This document shows positions 37,520 to 38,213 of a DNA stretch of 38,213 nt, in pieces (position 1 is the first letter of the stretch; each line of letters starts with the position of its first letter). Where the stretch lies: contig JBJKQR010000061.1 of the NCBI GenBank assembly GCA_046735395.1, positions 1 through 38,213 of the forward strand. Direction: 5' to 3'. Position numbers and translations under genes: made by a program. The notes under the pieces are model-generated. The model was not told the DNA's origin. It saw nothing but the letters and a program-made list of their open reading frames with translations, and did no database searches. The DNA is from Fidelibacterota bacterium. Lineage in GTDB: Bacteria; Fidelibacterota; Fidelibacteria; Fidelibacterales; DSDE01.

Positions 37520-37822
37520 AAGGAAGGTTAAGGTTGAGGTTGAGGAAGAAACAAAATTTGCCCTGCTGTGAGAGTCGGCGATCCCGGGAATATCAACGTG
37601 TAATCCTGCAGGGCTGTTCCAGGAGCCGGAAACCGGCGACGCAAGCTTCAAACTTCCAGCTTCCAGCTTCTTTCAACCGCGTTGATGCCGAAGAACGTTT
37701 CTCGCAGAGACCGCGAAGTACGCGAAGGAAGGCTAAGGTTAAGGTTGAGGAAGAAACGGAACATGTAGAGCGGTAGAGTAGTAAAGTGGTAGAGTTGGAA
37801 AGAAACAAAAATTTGCCCTGCT
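37520..37822. repeat. Duplicated intergenic unit with embedded 6-, 7-, 8- and 9-mer tandem repeats
   Basis: AAGGAAGG(T/C)TAAGGTT(G/A)AGGTTGAGGAAGAAAC at 37520 and 37725; AAGAAACAAAA(A)TTTGCCCTGCT at 37546 and 37800; 4x GTAGAGNN-like at 37765-37796; CTTCCAG heptamers near 37645-37670. Confidence 0.8.
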
Positions 37823-37935
37823 ATGGAATATCACCCGGGCTCCTTCCTCTTTCTTCACTGGCTCCTGGCGTCTTGATCCTTATGCCATTCCTGCCGCATC
37901 GTAGGAACGCAGATTTTGTGACTTCGCTTTGTTTT

Positions 37936-38170
37936 GGAGCATAAGAAAAACAGGATTTTAGAGAAGGAGCGTTTATGAATTTAAACAGGGCCGCAGTGCA
38001 GCCGTTAAGAATCTATTCGGCCTGGCTTTGCAGGCATCGAGAGATTCAGGCGGAACGGAGGCCCTGTCCCTGTTTTTCTTCAGCTCCCCCGTCGCGTCGT
38101 AGTCCTTAGCAGACGGACGAAGACGGATGGATTCTTTTTGTTTCTTTTTCTGATCAAGCAGAAAAAGAAA
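37936..38170. repeat. Non-coding inverted-repeat element (MITE-like or structured RNA)
   Basis: GGAGCATAAGAAAAACAGG (37936-37954) pairs 17/19 with CCTGTTTTTCTTCAGCTCC (38069-38087); perfect 12-bp hairpin TTTCTTTTTCTG-ATCAAG-CAGAAAAAGAAA (38141-38170). Confidence 0.55.
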
Positions 38171-38213
38171 GAGGGGATTAATATTGATGAAGCGTTGGCA
38201 AGTTTGCGGGTTG

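Noticed and set aside
37534..37808. Short ORFs 37534..37776 (+) and 37593..37808 (-)
   Set aside because: Products of low-complexity repeats with no protein-like features
37520..37822. CRISPR array
   Set aside because: Only two copies, ~205 bp apart, non-palindromic and low-complexity; no regular repeat-spacer period and no cas genes
1..38213. Prophage, IS, integron, DGR or defence island
   Set aside because: No integrase, transposase, reverse transcriptase, nuclease or phage structural gene recognised

Overview
Chromosomal segment of a diderm bacterium, most likely FCB superphylum (Marinimicrobia/KSB1/Calditrichota-like). This is inferred from three large secreted proteins ending in the QN(Y/F)PNPFN...G(I/L)Y...K(M/L)xxLK T9SS-type-A/FlgD-Ig sorting domain. 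In order: etfBA; a minus-strand operon of beta-helix protein, 1470-aa multi-Ig surface scaffold and LPP20-like protein; a sigma54-driven hsp20; a ktrB-ktrA K+ uptake operon with an output-less 4-helix-bundle/HAMP membrane protein; a CsgG-like/beta-barrel protein; a 4Fe-4S protein; and a TetR, OM barrel, LolD-like ATPase, two permeases, LolA-like operon. The most striking locus is divergent. A histidine kinase with a CRTAC1-like (FG-GAP + ASPIC/UnbV) ectodomain and an NtrC-type activator face a UAS/IHF/sigma54 promoter, which drives a small double zinc-ribbon protein and two giant PKD/YCF48-propeller secreted proteins. The window ends in a non-coding mosaic of short repeats and inverted repeats. 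No rRNA, tRNA, CRISPR array or transposase was recognised. All family calls come from motif recognition by eye, not from database searches.
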